Assembly: GCA_965657775.1 (NCBI GenBank)
Contig: CBFHPY010000008.1
Location: forward strand, 687,786 to 751,785
Reading direction: 5' to 3'
From: Verrucomicrobiales bacterium
GTDB taxonomy: Bacteria > Verrucomicrobiota > Verrucomicrobiia > Verrucomicrobiales > DEV007
Length of the DNA stretch: 64,000 nt
Each line of letters starts with the position of its first letter. Position 1 is the stretch's first letter. The notes beneath the pieces were generated by a model. It was not told the DNA's origin. It saw only the letters and a list, made by a program, of their open reading frames with translations, and ran no database searches. Position numbers and translations under genes: made by a program. Below, piece by piece: positions 18,958 through 29,134 of the stretch.

Positions 18958-19084
18958 TTAGCTTCAATAGGCCTGCAAAATGCGAGTTTTAGCTCATTGT
19001 GATCTGAATTTCTGGCCCCAATCAGTCGTATCAACGTTCTGAACCCATCGGGTCAACAGGGTTGAATCGATGGGTCAACCCTGC

Positions 19085-20473
19085 CTATTCGCTCGCCTCG
19101 ATCTGGCTGGCAGCTCGGTAAAGAACCCAGATGAGAATCGCCACGACGCCCGCAATGAGGAGATGCAGCAGCCACTTCTTTGCGAACCAGGGAGGAATAT
19201 TCAGCCCCGCGGTTTCATCGTAGACAGGATTGGAAGTTTGTTCCGAGAGTAGGATTTCTTCTTCGGGAACCCCGGCTTCCTCGGCGCGTTTTAGCACGGC
19301 AATATCGTAGTCCGGGCGACTCAGAGTAGATGCCGGCACCTCATACGCGAGCATCCACTGATCTCCAGGTTCCGTCAGGAAAACGATTTCGTGAAGAGGG
19401 CCGAATCCCTGGGCAGATTCGATCTTGAGCGGGCGATTGTCACCATTTTCGAACACGAGCCGGATTCTCTCCGGAGAGATTTCACTGAAATCGAGAGTGA
19501 GATCTTCCTCCTTTAATCCGGCGACTTCGTAGCGATGGATCGACTTGCGATCGATGGTCCGCCATTCCATCAGCTTGTCTTTTCTCGGCACTTCGATGCG
19601 GAGATTCCTCCGAAAATTTCGATCCTCGACCGCTACGGTGAGTCGATAGAGCGGAGCCGTTCCGACTTCGAGAACGACTTCTGATGTCTTCTCTCCTTCG
19701 CCAGTCTCCTGGGAAACGAGGGTAACAGGATAGGACATTTCTCCTCGAGTAGGCTCGCTTGGCTTCTCCGGAGTATGGAAAGTGAAGTGATCGACTCGGA
19801 AGTTGCGAACCGTTACAGAGAGAGATTCCTCGATAATCTTTTCAGAGTCTTCTCCCAGCGTCCGTGTGATGTTCCGCAGGGCGGATTGTTGCTCGTCACT
19901 CGCATTGCGAACCTGAATCCGAAATTGTCTGTGATTGTTGGCAGGTAGGTTCACCTTGGTGCGTCGGAAGTCGAGAAAGACCTCGCGATCATAGATTAGA
20001 AATTCCGATACGAGGGACTCCCAGTTCTCGCCATCGGGGCTCCCAGATACCGAAACCGTCTTTTCGAAATTGCGAAGCGGAGTGTGGATCGTCAAGCTAC
20101 CAACAGGCGGGGCCTTGCTGGGAAGGGAGACAATGTAGACGAGTTCTTCCTCATTCGTTTTGTCGAAGCTGAGCACTTCGCTATTGATCGGACGAGGAGG
20201 AGTCTTCCTTTTAATTGGACGAGTTTCCCGGATCTGGAAAGGCCATTCGAGCTGTTCTTCATCGCGGATCCGGAAGAGTCGGACATCGGAGAAATTTTCT
20301 TCGCTGTGTTGGAAGAGTTCTGGATCGACCACGATCTTTCCGAGACCTTCTTTCGAAGACGCAGATTCTGATTGTCGGATCCAGGCAAACGGAGCCGCCG
20401 GATCGAGAATTTCATCACTCTGCCCAAGGAGGGGAAGGAAGAGTGCACAAGTAAGGAGAAGAATACGGGTCAT
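19085..20473 (-). CDS. DUF3999-like exported protein with C-terminal membrane anchor
   Basis: Signal peptide, [24 protein letters not shown]-terminal TM helix; overlaps the stop of the DUF2339-like gene by 4 nt. Confidence 0.75.
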   Translation of the reverse strand: MTRILLLTCALFLPLLGQSDEILDPAAPFAWIRQSESASSKEGLGKIVVDPELFQHSEENFSDVRLFRIRDEEQLEWPFQIRETRPIKRKTPPRPINSEVLSFDKTNEEELVYIVSLPSKAPPVGSLTIHTPLRNFEKTVSVSGSPDGENWESLVSEFLIYDREVFLDFRRTKVNLPANNHRQFRIQVRNASDEQQSALRNITRTLGEDSEKIIEESLSVTVRNFRVDHFTFHTPEKPSEPTRGEMSYPVTLVSQETGEGEKTSEVVLEVGTAPLYRLTVAVEDRNFRRNLRIEVPRKDKLMEWRTIDRKSIHRYEVAGLKEEDLTLDFSEISPERIRLVFENGDNRPLKIESAQGFGPLHEIVFLTEPGDQWMLAYEVPASTLSRPDYDIAVLKRAEEAGVPEEEILLSEQTSNPVYDETAGLNIPPWFAKKWLLHLLIAGVVAILIWVLYRAASQIEASE

Positions 20474-23019
20474 GATTCGGAGGGTTCGTTGTCGTCTGAA
20501 GATTCGAGGGCGGCATCAGCTTCGGAGTTGTCATCCGAATCGATCGTGAGAAATCGATGACGATACTTGAGATAGAGAAAGGAACCAAAGAGGATCACGA
20601 CGCCGAGGATGATGAAGGCAACGATCCGGTAGAGCTGATCGAGTCCGGCGAGATCGACGAGGAAAACTTTCACGATCACGATGCCGAAAAGGATCAGTCC
20701 GATACCTCGCAATGCGGCCCGGGATTTTGAAATTCCGGCAAGGAGAAGGGAGGCAGCAAAGACCGACCAGAAAATTGAGATCCCCCCGGTACGAAACTTC
20801 GGTACGAACTCGTTCAATACGGTCCAGACTTCGAGGCTGAGATAGCCGAACAGTCCGGTAAGAGAAGCGTAGCCAAAGACGCTCGCTGTCTTCTTCCTCT
20901 GGCCACGCGGCAGTATGAATTGCCAAGCGACGAGAAAGAAACCGATTATCGCGCCGAAGTTTAGCAGGCGCATAACGCCACCCGCGAAGAAGTCATTTTT
21001 TCTGTAAGCCCAGTCCCATCCGGGATCCCAGTAGTGAACATCTACGAAGAAGACCTTTATCGATACTGCCGCAATAGTGATCCAGAATGCGACGGTCGCG
21101 ATCGTATTTCGATTTGCAAGCATCTCGCGCAAAAATATTGCTGCCAATGCAAGCCAGATCAAAGTCAGGCCTGGGCGGGTGAGGGGCTCATAGAGAAAGT
21201 CGAACGTGCGAGTGACTTCAAAGTTAAGAAAAACGAAGCTCAGTGCGACTATGATCCAGAAGCAGGCTCGGCTGAGCTGGCTTTGCCCAAACCAGGGTTG
21301 AATATCGTTCTCCTCGGAAACAATCCACTGTGGTGCTCCTTCTGCTTCTCGCGAGAAGAGGCGACCCGCGGCAAAGAACGAGGCAATGGGAAGACCAAAG
21401 ACTAACAGTCGCTCGAAGAAAGCCATGGCATATTCTTTTCCGGACGGATTGAGAGGAAGATTTCCGAATTGATCATGGATATCGAATATCGCGAAGCGGA
21501 CGAGAACGATGAGGTAAAGGACATAGGCAAGTTGACGAAGGAACTCACTCTTCATCTTCGACGCAATCCAGAGCATGACGAATCCCTGGATCGCCCAACT
21601 GACTGTGATCCACCCTTTCGAGAGAACGAGGGGAAGTGTGATCGCTACGAAGAGCGAAGCGAGGCCGATGAAGCTGAGGAGAAGACCCTTGTCCTGGATT
21701 CCTCGTCGAAGGAAGAAAAGGACGTGGCCAATGTAGAAAATGGCTAGACCAATCGTGACGATTGCGATCGCTTCGCGTTGGTAAGTTTCCTCAACGAGGT
21801 GAATCGCGAAAGCGAGGAACACTCCAGCATTGAGGAAGAGAAAGAGCAACTCGAGTAGAGTCGACTTCTGTCGGTGAACGAAGTGATAGAGAAAAGTGGC
21901 CGTGGAGAAGAGCACGAAGAAACCGGTCAGGAATGGCATGAATTCCCAGAACGTGTCCGAGTTAAAACCCGCATCGACTGCCTTGAGGCTGAGCAAGCTT
22001 GTCGCAGCAAAGGCGATGTAGTTCAGGATTCTCCAATCCCGTTTCCAGGCGATGAAGAGAACTCCGGAGCCTAACACGAGCAGATATCCGAGGAAGGAAA
22101 CAGCGCTCGGCGTGTCCGTATCGATCATGAATGGGGTCAGGTATCCTCCGGCGATTCCGAGGATCGCGATGAGAAGAGAGTTGCTTCGAATGGCAATAAC
22201 TCCTGCAGCCGAGGTGACAAGGATCATCATGCCAAACGCGAGCGGAGCTCCGAGAACCTCGAGCCGGTGCGCGGTGAAAAAGCTGAAGTAGAAAGTCGCA
22301 AAACCAGCACCGGCCAGTCCTTGCCCGATGAGATCGTATCGGCCACGGAAAAGTTTGAGACCACCAAGAAGAAGCAAAGCTCCCGTCAGGATGGACACGG
22401 AAACACGAACGAGAGGTCCAATCGCTTCGCTGGTCGCGGTGTAGCGAAGGAAGAATCCAATGCCGAGAATGAGAATGAATATACCAAGTCGCAGCAGCCA
22501 GGTCGTTGCGACGGCAAACTCCATCGTGACATTCGCAGGGCGATGCTCTTCTCCTACCACAATCCAACTCCAGATTTTCCCAAGGATATCTTTTGCTGCA
22601 GTTTCGAATTTGGAGGGCTCGTCCTTCTTGACTGGCGGGGTCGCTTTGGCGGCGACGGTTTGAGATACCACTGGCGCAGTGGAGGGCACCTCTTGCAGAT
22701 TGGTAACCGACTCGGGGAGTGGTGGTGGGGTCGCGATTCCCTCAGTCCGTGGCTCTTCAGAATCAGATTCATCAGTTTCTGCCAGATCCGTTTCGAGTGC
22801 TTCTTTAGCGGCAGGTAACTCCTCCACGATCGATTCTTCTGTCTGCACTTCCGTTGTTTCACGAAGGAGGCGCTTTTCAATTTGCTGATTGGAGAGAAGA
22901 AGCTGGGATACTTCGGACCGAAGTCCTTTCATTGATTCTTCGAGTTTTCCCTGCTTGGAAAGGGCAACGATCGAGAGAATGAGAATGGCGGCCAGAAAGA
23001 GCAGTGCAATAGGTTCCAT
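20470..23019 (-). CDS. DUF2339-like large polytopic membrane protein
   Basis: N-terminal TM and coiled coil, Pro-rich linker, then WLLRLG...[14 protein letters not shown] and C-terminal [19 protein letters not shown]; probable ATG at 23019. Confidence 0.85.
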   Translation of the reverse strand: MEPIALLFLAAILILSIVALSKQGKLEESMKGLRSEVSQLLLSNQQIEKRLLRETTEVQTEESIVEELPAAKEALETDLAETDESDSEEPRTEGIATPPPLPESVTNLQEVPSTAPVVSQTVAAKATPPVKKDEPSKFETAAKDILGKIWSWIVVGEEHRPANVTMEFAVATTWLLRLGIFILILGIGFFLRYTATSEAIGPLVRVSVSILTGALLLLGGLKLFRGRYDLIGQGLAGAGFATFYFSFFTAHRLEVLGAPLAFGMMILVTSAAGVIAIRSNSLLIAILGIAGGYLTPFMIDTDTPSAVSFLGYLLVLGSGVLFIAWKRDWRILNYIAFAATSLLSLKAVDAGFNSDTFWEFMPFLTGFFVLFSTATFLYHFVHRQKSTLLELLFLFLNAGVFLAFAIHLVEETYQREAIAIVTIGLAIFYIGHVLFFLRRGIQDKGLLLSFIGLASLFVAITLPLVLSKGWITVSWAIQGFVMLWIASKMKSEFLRQLAYVLYLIVLVRFAIFDIHDQFGNLPLNPSGKEYAMAFFERLLVFGLPIASFFAAGRLFSREAEGAPQWIVSEENDIQPWFGQSQLSRACFWIIVALSFVFLNFEVTRTFDFLYEPLTRPGLTLIWLALAAIFLREMLANRNTIATVAFWITIAAVSIKVFFVDVHYWDPGWDWAYRKNDFFAGGVMRLLNFGAIIGFFLVAWQFILPRGQRKKTASVFGYASLTGLFGYLSLEVWTVLNEFVPKFRTGGISIFWSVFAASLLLAGISKSRAALRGIGLILFGIVIVKVFLVDLAGLDQLYRIVAFIILGVVILFGSFLYLKYRHRFLTIDSDDNSEADAALESSDDNEPSES

Positions 23020-23393
23020 GGAGTCACAAACAAAGTTCGGCTCCAAGGTATGGAATTCTTACGGGAATGGCGAATCGATAAAACAGCTGATTAGCATCAA
23101 TTTCGTCAATGTTGTCCCAAGCCGTTGGGCGCCGAACGAACTGACGGGGGGGGGAAGACAACGCCGAGTAGAAACCCGGTCTGTTACAGAAACAGTGGTG
23201 TGACCGTTCGCTTCTCAGGCGTCCTTCGGTGTTACACCGATAACGATGCCGAACTGCGTAGTTACCTGCAGTGGATTGAAATCAACTTGAAGGAGGTGAC
23301 GAAGGTCTGCGGGTGCTCGATTGAGGAGCCGATCGTTCGTGTTGAGTTCGTGTCCCTTGATATACCCCTGTGTCGTTCGAATCCGCTGGCTCT

Positions 23394-23729
23394 TCAGGCT
23401 GACTGCAAGATGAATATGGGGAGTTCGTCTTGTGTAGGGCGTTGGCTTGAGGCAACAGAAATAGTATTCGCCTTTCCTCCGGTCAGAGCTTCGGCGAACT
23501 CTTCCTAGTGGAGGTGACTGTCCTGATTCTTGTATTTGGCCAACTCTTCTTTCGATAATCTTCCAACGTCATTCTGATCCGCGATGGCGAAAGTAGGCTT
23601 GTCGATCAGACCAGCGTCTGAAGTCTCCTCGATCGTGCGATAGCTTGAATTTAAGATCGCAGAAATGAGTGCGAGGGGGAAAGAAGGCGGAAGATACACA
23701 TGGGTTCTTTCTGCTCGGCAATACGCCAT
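23394..23729 (-). pseudogene. Decayed EF-hand-containing gene
   Basis: Frame from ATG 23729 contains FAIADQNDVGRLSKEEL and KNQDSHLH*EEFAEAL, two EF-hand-like loops, the second broken by TAG at 23505. Confidence 0.35.
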
Positions 23730-23750
23730 TGATTGACTTAGGATTCTATC

Positions 23751-24686
23751 ATGGATTCCTTCCGATTGATTGCGGTTCTTTTTTTGCTTCTCGTAGCTGG
23801 CGCGGTCGCGCAGACCACCTCTCCGGGACCTGATCGATCTAAGGTCCTTCCAGATGCGACCGGAGTGGTTGCTGAGGGATCGTTCATTTTCACCTACGTT
23901 GATGAAAAGAAGCGTCGACGACTCACTCTTGATATCTATCGACCTGCCCAAGGCGATGGACCCTATCCGGCGATCGTGATGTATTTCGGAGGGGGCTGGC
24001 AGAATGGTCGACCAGGTCTGTTTACTCCTCTTGCGCAGGCCCTCGCGAGAAAAGGCTATGTCTGCCTTGTTCCTGAATATCGGCTCTCGGGAGAAGCCCC
24101 GTTTCCAGCGGCGGTTCACGATGCTAAGGCGGCTATACGATGGGCCAGAAAACACGCGAAGCGGTTTCAGATCGATCCGGATCGGATTGCAACTATTGGT
24201 GGATCTGCGGGAGGACACCTTTCTGGATTTATGGCGGCGACCAACGGCATCGAGCGCTTCGAGGGAAGAGGGGATCATCAGGAGACTTCCTCGGAGGTGC
24301 AGGCTGCTATTGTAATGTGCGGTCCGATGAATATGCTCGAGAACGGCGTTGCGGAACGAGCCGAGGAAGGAGCAAAGAAAGAGGCTGGTGATGCGATCCT
24401 CGATTTCCTCGGTGGCGTTCCACCTTCACGGGATCCAGAGCGCTACCGGGAAGCTTCTCCACTGACTCACCTGGGGGCGCAGACTCCTCCGATGCTTTTT
24501 ATCGACGGAGAGAATGATCGACCTCGCCTGCGCTACGCTGATTTCTGGAAGAAGATGGATGAGCTTGGGATCGCTCACGAATTTGTGCTCATGCCAGAAG
24601 GTCCGCATCCTTTCTGGAACATGAAGGAGTGGTTCGATCCGACGGTTGAGGCCGTCGAGCAGTTTCTCAAGAAAACCTTACCCTAA
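23751..24686 (+). CDS. Alpha/beta hydrolase (BD-FAE/carboxylesterase-like)
   Basis: Signal peptide, FGGGW oxyanion motif, GGSAGGH nucleophile elbow, DGEND and HPF catalytic residues. Confidence 0.9.
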   Translation: MDSFRLIAVLFLLLVAGAVAQTTSPGPDRSKVLPDATGVVAEGSFIFTYVDEKKRRRLTLDIYRPAQGDGPYPAIVMYFGGGWQNGRPGLFTPLAQALARKGYVCLVPEYRLSGEAPFPAAVHDAKAAIRWARKHAKRFQIDPDRIATIGGSAGGHLSGFMAATNGIERFEGRGDHQETSSEVQAAIVMCGPMNMLENGVAERAEEGAKKEAGDAILDFLGGVPPSRDPERYREASPLTHLGAQTPPMLFIDGENDRPRLRYADFWKKMDELGIAHEFVLMPEGPHPFWNMKEWFDPTVEAVEQFLKKTLP

Positions 24687-25126
24687 CGAAATGCCGTAAT
24701 TCGGCGCGACCTCCTGCAGGCGCGCAATTTTCTCCGGCAGTGGTGGAGCGGGCGCTCTGTCTCTGGAAACATATTCTCGAGACCGGTCGGTGCCACTAGA
24801 ATGAGCATTTCTGCTGGTTGATCGGATTCGTTGCAAAACCAGTGACGAGTCCTTTGAGAAGGCTAATCGCTGAGCCGGGAGTTGCGACAGTGGTATCTCT
24901 TTCATTGTAGATTGTGACTTCTCCCGAGAGAACGTAAAAAAATTCTTCCTCCCGAGAGTGAGAATGAGGAGGCGCCCCCCCCCCCTGTGACCGTGGTTCC
25001 GACCGGGACACACTGAGCTTCATTGGTTTCTTCTCCGCGCGCAAGGACTCGCGAGGGGATGTCGTGAAAGGAAAGCCAGGTTCCTTTTCCTAAGGGGTAG
25101 ACTACCGGTCGACGAGTTTCACTCAT
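24678..25126 (-). pseudogene. Frameshifted cupin-domain gene
   Basis: Cupin segments spread across frames: MSETRRPVVYPLGKG...; PPHSHSREEEFFYVLSGEV; HWFCNESDQPAEMLILVAPTGLENMF; PEKIARLQEVAPNYGI. First shift lies in a G11 run (C11 on + strand, 24975-24985). Confidence 0.8.
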
Positions 25127-25240
25127 GAAAAGAAACTCCGGGGCAAAGAGCGAGTTGGGCATCGATTCTGAAAAGGTTTTGCGGGGTTTCCTCGTCGTAA
25201 ATTGTTCGAACTGGCGTAACCGTGAATCGAATCGCTTCTT

Positions 25241-26560
25241 ATGGCCCGAAACATTCCTCTCTTCATTGCCTTTCGGCTTCTTTTTAACGCGCGGTTTTAC
25301 TACCCGATCTTCGCAGTCATCCAGCTCGACTACGGGCTCACGATATCTCAGTTCGCGATTTTGAATGCGGTCTGGGCGATCTCGATTGTGTTGTTGGAAG
25401 TTCCTTCCGGGGCTCTTGCTGACCGATTCGGGAGAAAACGAATGGTCGTCGGGGCGGCTATTCTCATGGTGATCGAGATGGCGGTGATTGCCTTTGTGCC
25501 GCTTGGGAGCAGCACATTGGTTTTCTGGGCCTGGGTGATCAATCGCATTCTTTCCGGCGCAGCCGAGGCTTCGGCGAGTGGAGCCGACGAAGCGCTGGCC
25601 TATGATTCTATACCGCTGGAAGAGCAGAAAAAGCGTTGGCCCAAAGTGCTTTCGCGGCTCATGTCTCTTTACTCGATCGCGTTTGTCATAGCTATGCTGG
25701 TCGGATCAGCGATCTACGATCCAACTTTATTGAATCGTGTCCTCGGTTGGTTCGGAAGTGACCTGACTCTCAACAAGGAAACCGTTCTACGGTTTCCCAT
25801 CTATCTCACCCTATTCACCGGGATCTGTGCCGTAGCAGTCAGTCTCTTCATGAAGGAGCCCGATCGTGATAGTGCGCATGATGAAAGTTACTCGATGTGG
25901 TCCGAGATTTTCGAAGTCGGAAAATGGATTCTTCGTCATCCATTTGTATATGCGCTCATACTCGCCGCACTGGTTCATGACAGTGTCATCCGACTCTTTC
26001 TGACGTCGGCTTCTGAATACTATCGGCTCATTGATATTCCCGTAGCCTGGTTCGGGGTTATCGGAGCGGCGTTTGCCGCGCTTGGCATTTTCATACCAAA
26101 GATCGCGGAATGGCTCGTCTCGAATCGCTCGATTCGCACGAACTACGTCTTCGTCTCGATCGCGACTTTTCTCGGGCTCATTGGAATCTCGTTTGCGATC
26201 CCGATCTGGGGAGTGGGGGTGATCGTGTTCTTCGGAATTGGAATGGGGTTTCTCAATTTTTATACCTCTCACTATCTCAATGCCGAGGTGGATTCGAAAC
26301 GCCGTGCGACGGTTCTCAGCTTCAAGGGCCTTGCCCTCAATCTCGGTTTTGGAGGAATGAGCATCCTCTACGGAGGGATTCTGAAAATGATTAGCGAAAA
26401 AAATGATCCCGTTGCTGAGCAGGGAGAAGGAGCAGGATCTGCCTTTCGAGAAAGTCTTTCCTGGTTGCCCGGGACCTTCCTGATCGCTCTGGTTGGGTTC
26501 CTGATTTATTATTTTGTCAGGGTTAGATCAAAAGTCCCGGAGGAATATGCCCGTCCATAG
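25241..26560 (+). CDS. MFS transporter
   Basis: LEVPSGALADRFGRKR MFS motif A; about 12 TM helices. Confidence 0.9.
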   Translation: MARNIPLFIAFRLLFNARFYYPIFAVIQLDYGLTISQFAILNAVWAISIVLLEVPSGALADRFGRKRMVVGAAILMVIEMAVIAFVPLGSSTLVFWAWVINRILSGAAEASASGADEALAYDSIPLEEQKKRWPKVLSRLMSLYSIAFVIAMLVGSAIYDPTLLNRVLGWFGSDLTLNKETVLRFPIYLTLFTGICAVAVSLFMKEPDRDSAHDESYSMWSEIFEVGKWILRHPFVYALILAALVHDSVIRLFLTSASEYYRLIDIPVAWFGVIGAAFAALGIFIPKIAEWLVSNRSIRTNYVFVSIATFLGLIGISFAIPIWGVGVIVFFGIGMGFLNFYTSHYLNAEVDSKRRATVLSFKGLALNLGFGGMSILYGGILKMISEKNDPVAEQGEGAGSAFRESLSWLPGTFLIALVGFLIYYFVRVRSKVPEEYARP

Positions 26561-26691
26561 TTTACCGAAGATGCCTAGTTCGATCGGCGTTTTAGTCATC
26601 GAGAATCTGACTCCTCGGTTCGCCCCGAAAAACGAACTCGCGTGGGAAAAGTTTTTTGCAACGAGAAGCAACGGTTAGGGTTAAACCCTGC

Positions 26692-27801
26692 ATGAAATTC
26701 TTTCTCTTTTTTGCCTGTTTAGTCTCGCTGATTCTTCCAGCTCACTCCCAGGATCGTTCGGCACGGTTCGATAATTGGGATAAAAATCGCGATGGGACTT
26801 TAACTCGAGAAGAACTTCCCGCACCGCTGCAGCGAAATTTTGATCGAGTCGATCAGAACAAGGATGGAGTGATCTCTCGAGAAGAAGACGCTGCGGCGCG
26901 GAAGCCACAGCAGGCGAAGAAGAAGCCAGGTGCAGAAGTCCCCGATTCGCTTCACGTGATTCGCGATATCAACTATGCCGGCACAGAAAACCCGCGCCAG
27001 TCTCTTGATCTCTATCTTCCCAAAGCTGAGCCCGAATCTCTCCGCCCCCTAATTGTCTTTATCCATGGGGGAGGATGGCGTGGCGGACAAAAGGAGTCGG
27101 GATGGGGAAAGTTGCGCCCCTTCGTGCAGAGCGGGAAGTATGCGGGAGCTTCGATCGGATATCGACTGACCGATGAATCGCAATGGCCCGGTCAGATTCA
27201 TGATTGCAAAGCAGCGATTCGCTGGCTCCGGGTTCATGCCGACGAACACGGATACGACGCGGACAAAATGGCGGTTTGGGGAACTTCCGCAGGGGGACAT
27301 CTTGTCGCAATGTTAGGAGTTTCTGGCGACGTTGAAGAGTTGGAAGGAACGATTGGATCTCACCTCGCTGTCTCTTCGCGAGTGACCTGTGTTGTGAATT
27401 TCTTCGGACCTTCCGAGATCCTGACGATGGATGATCACCCCAGCAAGATCACGCATCTTGCTGCGGGTTCGCCCGAGAGCCTTCTTCTTGGAGCGCCTGT
27501 TTCGACAGTTCCTGAGAAAGCGGCCCAAGCTTCTCCGGTTACATGGACGAGCGCAGACGACGCTCCGTCCCTGATCGTTCACGGAACCAAGGACGAGCTC
27601 GTTCCCTATCCACAGTCGACTCAGCTTGAAATCGAGTTGGAGAAAGCGGGCGTCCCCACCGTTCTCCTGACGGTCGAGGGCGGTGGTCACGGTAAAGGCT
27701 TCGGCTCTTCCGTGTCAGAAGCAGTGGAAATCTTTCTCGCCCATCATCTGCTCGATTCGGAAGAAACGGTCGAGGACAAGACGGTGGGAGAAGGAGAATA
27801 A
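26692..27801 (+). CDS. EF-hand-containing alpha/beta hydrolase
   Basis: Signal peptide, two EF-hands (DKNRDGTLTREE, DQNKDGVISREE), HGGGW, GTSAGGH, HGTKD, GGH; probable ATG at 26692. Confidence 0.9.
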   Translation: MKFFLFFACLVSLILPAHSQDRSARFDNWDKNRDGTLTREELPAPLQRNFDRVDQNKDGVISREEDAAARKPQQAKKKPGAEVPDSLHVIRDINYAGTENPRQSLDLYLPKAEPESLRPLIVFIHGGGWRGGQKESGWGKLRPFVQSGKYAGASIGYRLTDESQWPGQIHDCKAAIRWLRVHADEHGYDADKMAVWGTSAGGHLVAMLGVSGDVEELEGTIGSHLAVSSRVTCVVNFFGPSEILTMDDHPSKITHLAAGSPESLLLGAPVSTVPEKAAQASPVTWTSADDAPSLIVHGTKDELVPYPQSTQLEIELEKAGVPTVLLTVEGGGHGKGFGSSVSEAVEIFLAHHLLDSEETVEDKTVGEGE

Positions 27802-29063
27802 GTAGAGTAGCTGGATGCGTAGCTCGTCGAGAGAGCTGCCTCTTTGTCAGAGGAAGCCTGAAGAAAGAGAACGTGCTCAAACGAGTCGCAGCGGATCAGG
27901 GTTCCCTCGAAGGGGATTTCTTGACCGATTCTGGAGCGGAAGTCCTTGATGGATATTCCCGTTTTCGCGTTGGCGATCAGGGTGAGCGAGTCTCCATCTT
28001 CTAGATCACCCAGTTCAAAAAAGAGCCGAACGCCGGGCCCTCGTCCAAAGATCCGATCCATCGAATACGATTCTACGGATCGTAAGGTCGCTGCGCCGCT
28101 CACCTCGGAACCTTTCCAGCGATTCTCAAACGTTTGCACGAAATCATAGTGACTCGTTCCTTCCGAGAAATCGGCGAGCCAGGATTGGACAACGAGGCAG
28201 GCAGGAGATTTTTCGGAGAGATCCGGCTTTTCCTCTATCTCAAGATCTTCCATAGCCGAACTCGGTTCCGGAACCGGAACAGGCGGTTCTTCTTCCTGAA
28301 CGTCATTATCGATCTCGGCAACGACCTCTGGCTCGGTCAGAGGCTCTGCGCCAGCAACAGCTTCAGTTTCCATCGTTGAAACCTCGGTCTCCTTGGATCG
28401 CTCTTTGCATGGGAGAGATGGGGGGGTGAGGGCAGGTTTTTCGGATTTCACTCGTTTCGGAATCGGCGGTGGGGTTCTGGCTGGCGCTTCCTCCTTGACT
28501 TCCCCTTTGGCAGATAAAACCCGAGCTGCTTTCTCGAGCACTTCGATGTCACGAATCAGGAGTTTGGCGTTGCTTACAATTTTGTTCCGCTTACCCGCGA
28601 CTCTTTGCTGGGTGATTTCAAAGGAATCGAACTGGGCGATCAATCCCTTGATCGCAGCGACGACGTTTTGGTCGAGGTATTTGCGAACTTCGTCTGGATT
28701 GACTCCTTCGACAATGACTCCGGAGTCGAATAGTGGATCGCCGATTTCGATATCGACGCGGTTGAAGAACGAATGAGAAATCTCGGAGAATAATCCCTGA
28801 GGCTTCATTTTGATATCTATGGGGAGGGATTTTGTGAAGGTGGCGGTGTAGTCGGTCCACCGACTTTTTCCTGCTGATTTCGCATCGATGAGAAGCTTCA
28901 TCGCGGGCCTCTTGCCGCGCAGACTTCGTTCGCTTCCCGCCGTGTATCGGAGATCGAGGCTCCGTGCCGCTTTCTCCCACGTTTCATTCAAGGTTTTTGA
29001 ATGCTTAGAGACGGCAACGGCAATGATGACGCCGATGAAAATCAGGAAGAAAAGTATTTCCAT
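27744..29063 (-). CDS. Hypothetical membrane-anchored protein with Pro/Glu-rich linker
   Basis: 439-aa ORF, N-terminal TM helix, two globular regions separated by a low-complexity linker; 3' end overlaps the convergent hydrolase by 58 nt. Confidence 0.7.
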   Translation of the reverse strand: MEILFFLIFIGVIIAVAVSKHSKTLNETWEKAARSLDLRYTAGSERSLRGKRPAMKLLIDAKSAGKSRWTDYTATFTKSLPIDIKMKPQGLFSEISHSFFNRVDIEIGDPLFDSGVIVEGVNPDEVRKYLDQNVVAAIKGLIAQFDSFEITQQRVAGKRNKIVSNAKLLIRDIEVLEKAARVLSAKGEVKEEAPARTPPPIPKRVKSEKPALTPPSLPCKERSKETEVSTMETEAVAGAEPLTEPEVVAEIDNDVQEEEPPVPVPEPSSAMEDLEIEEKPDLSEKSPACLVVQSWLADFSEGTSHYDFVQTFENRWKGSEVSGAATLRSVESYSMDRIFGRGPGVRLFFELGDLEDGDSLTLIANAKTGISIKDFRSRIGQEIPFEGTLIRCDSFEHVLFLQASSDKEAALSTSYASSYSTYSPSPTVLSSTVSSESSR

Positions 29064-29134
29064 ACCTTTTCACACTGCCGGAACCCGGATTTGCTGGCGA
29101 TGGAAAAAATGAGGGGATTTTGTAATTCAACCCT

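Noticed and set aside
23505-24278. 257-aa minus-strand ORF as an intact gene
   Set aside because: Two thirds is antisense to the alpha/beta hydrolase; only the last 74 codons look protein-derived and are treated as an EF-hand relic.
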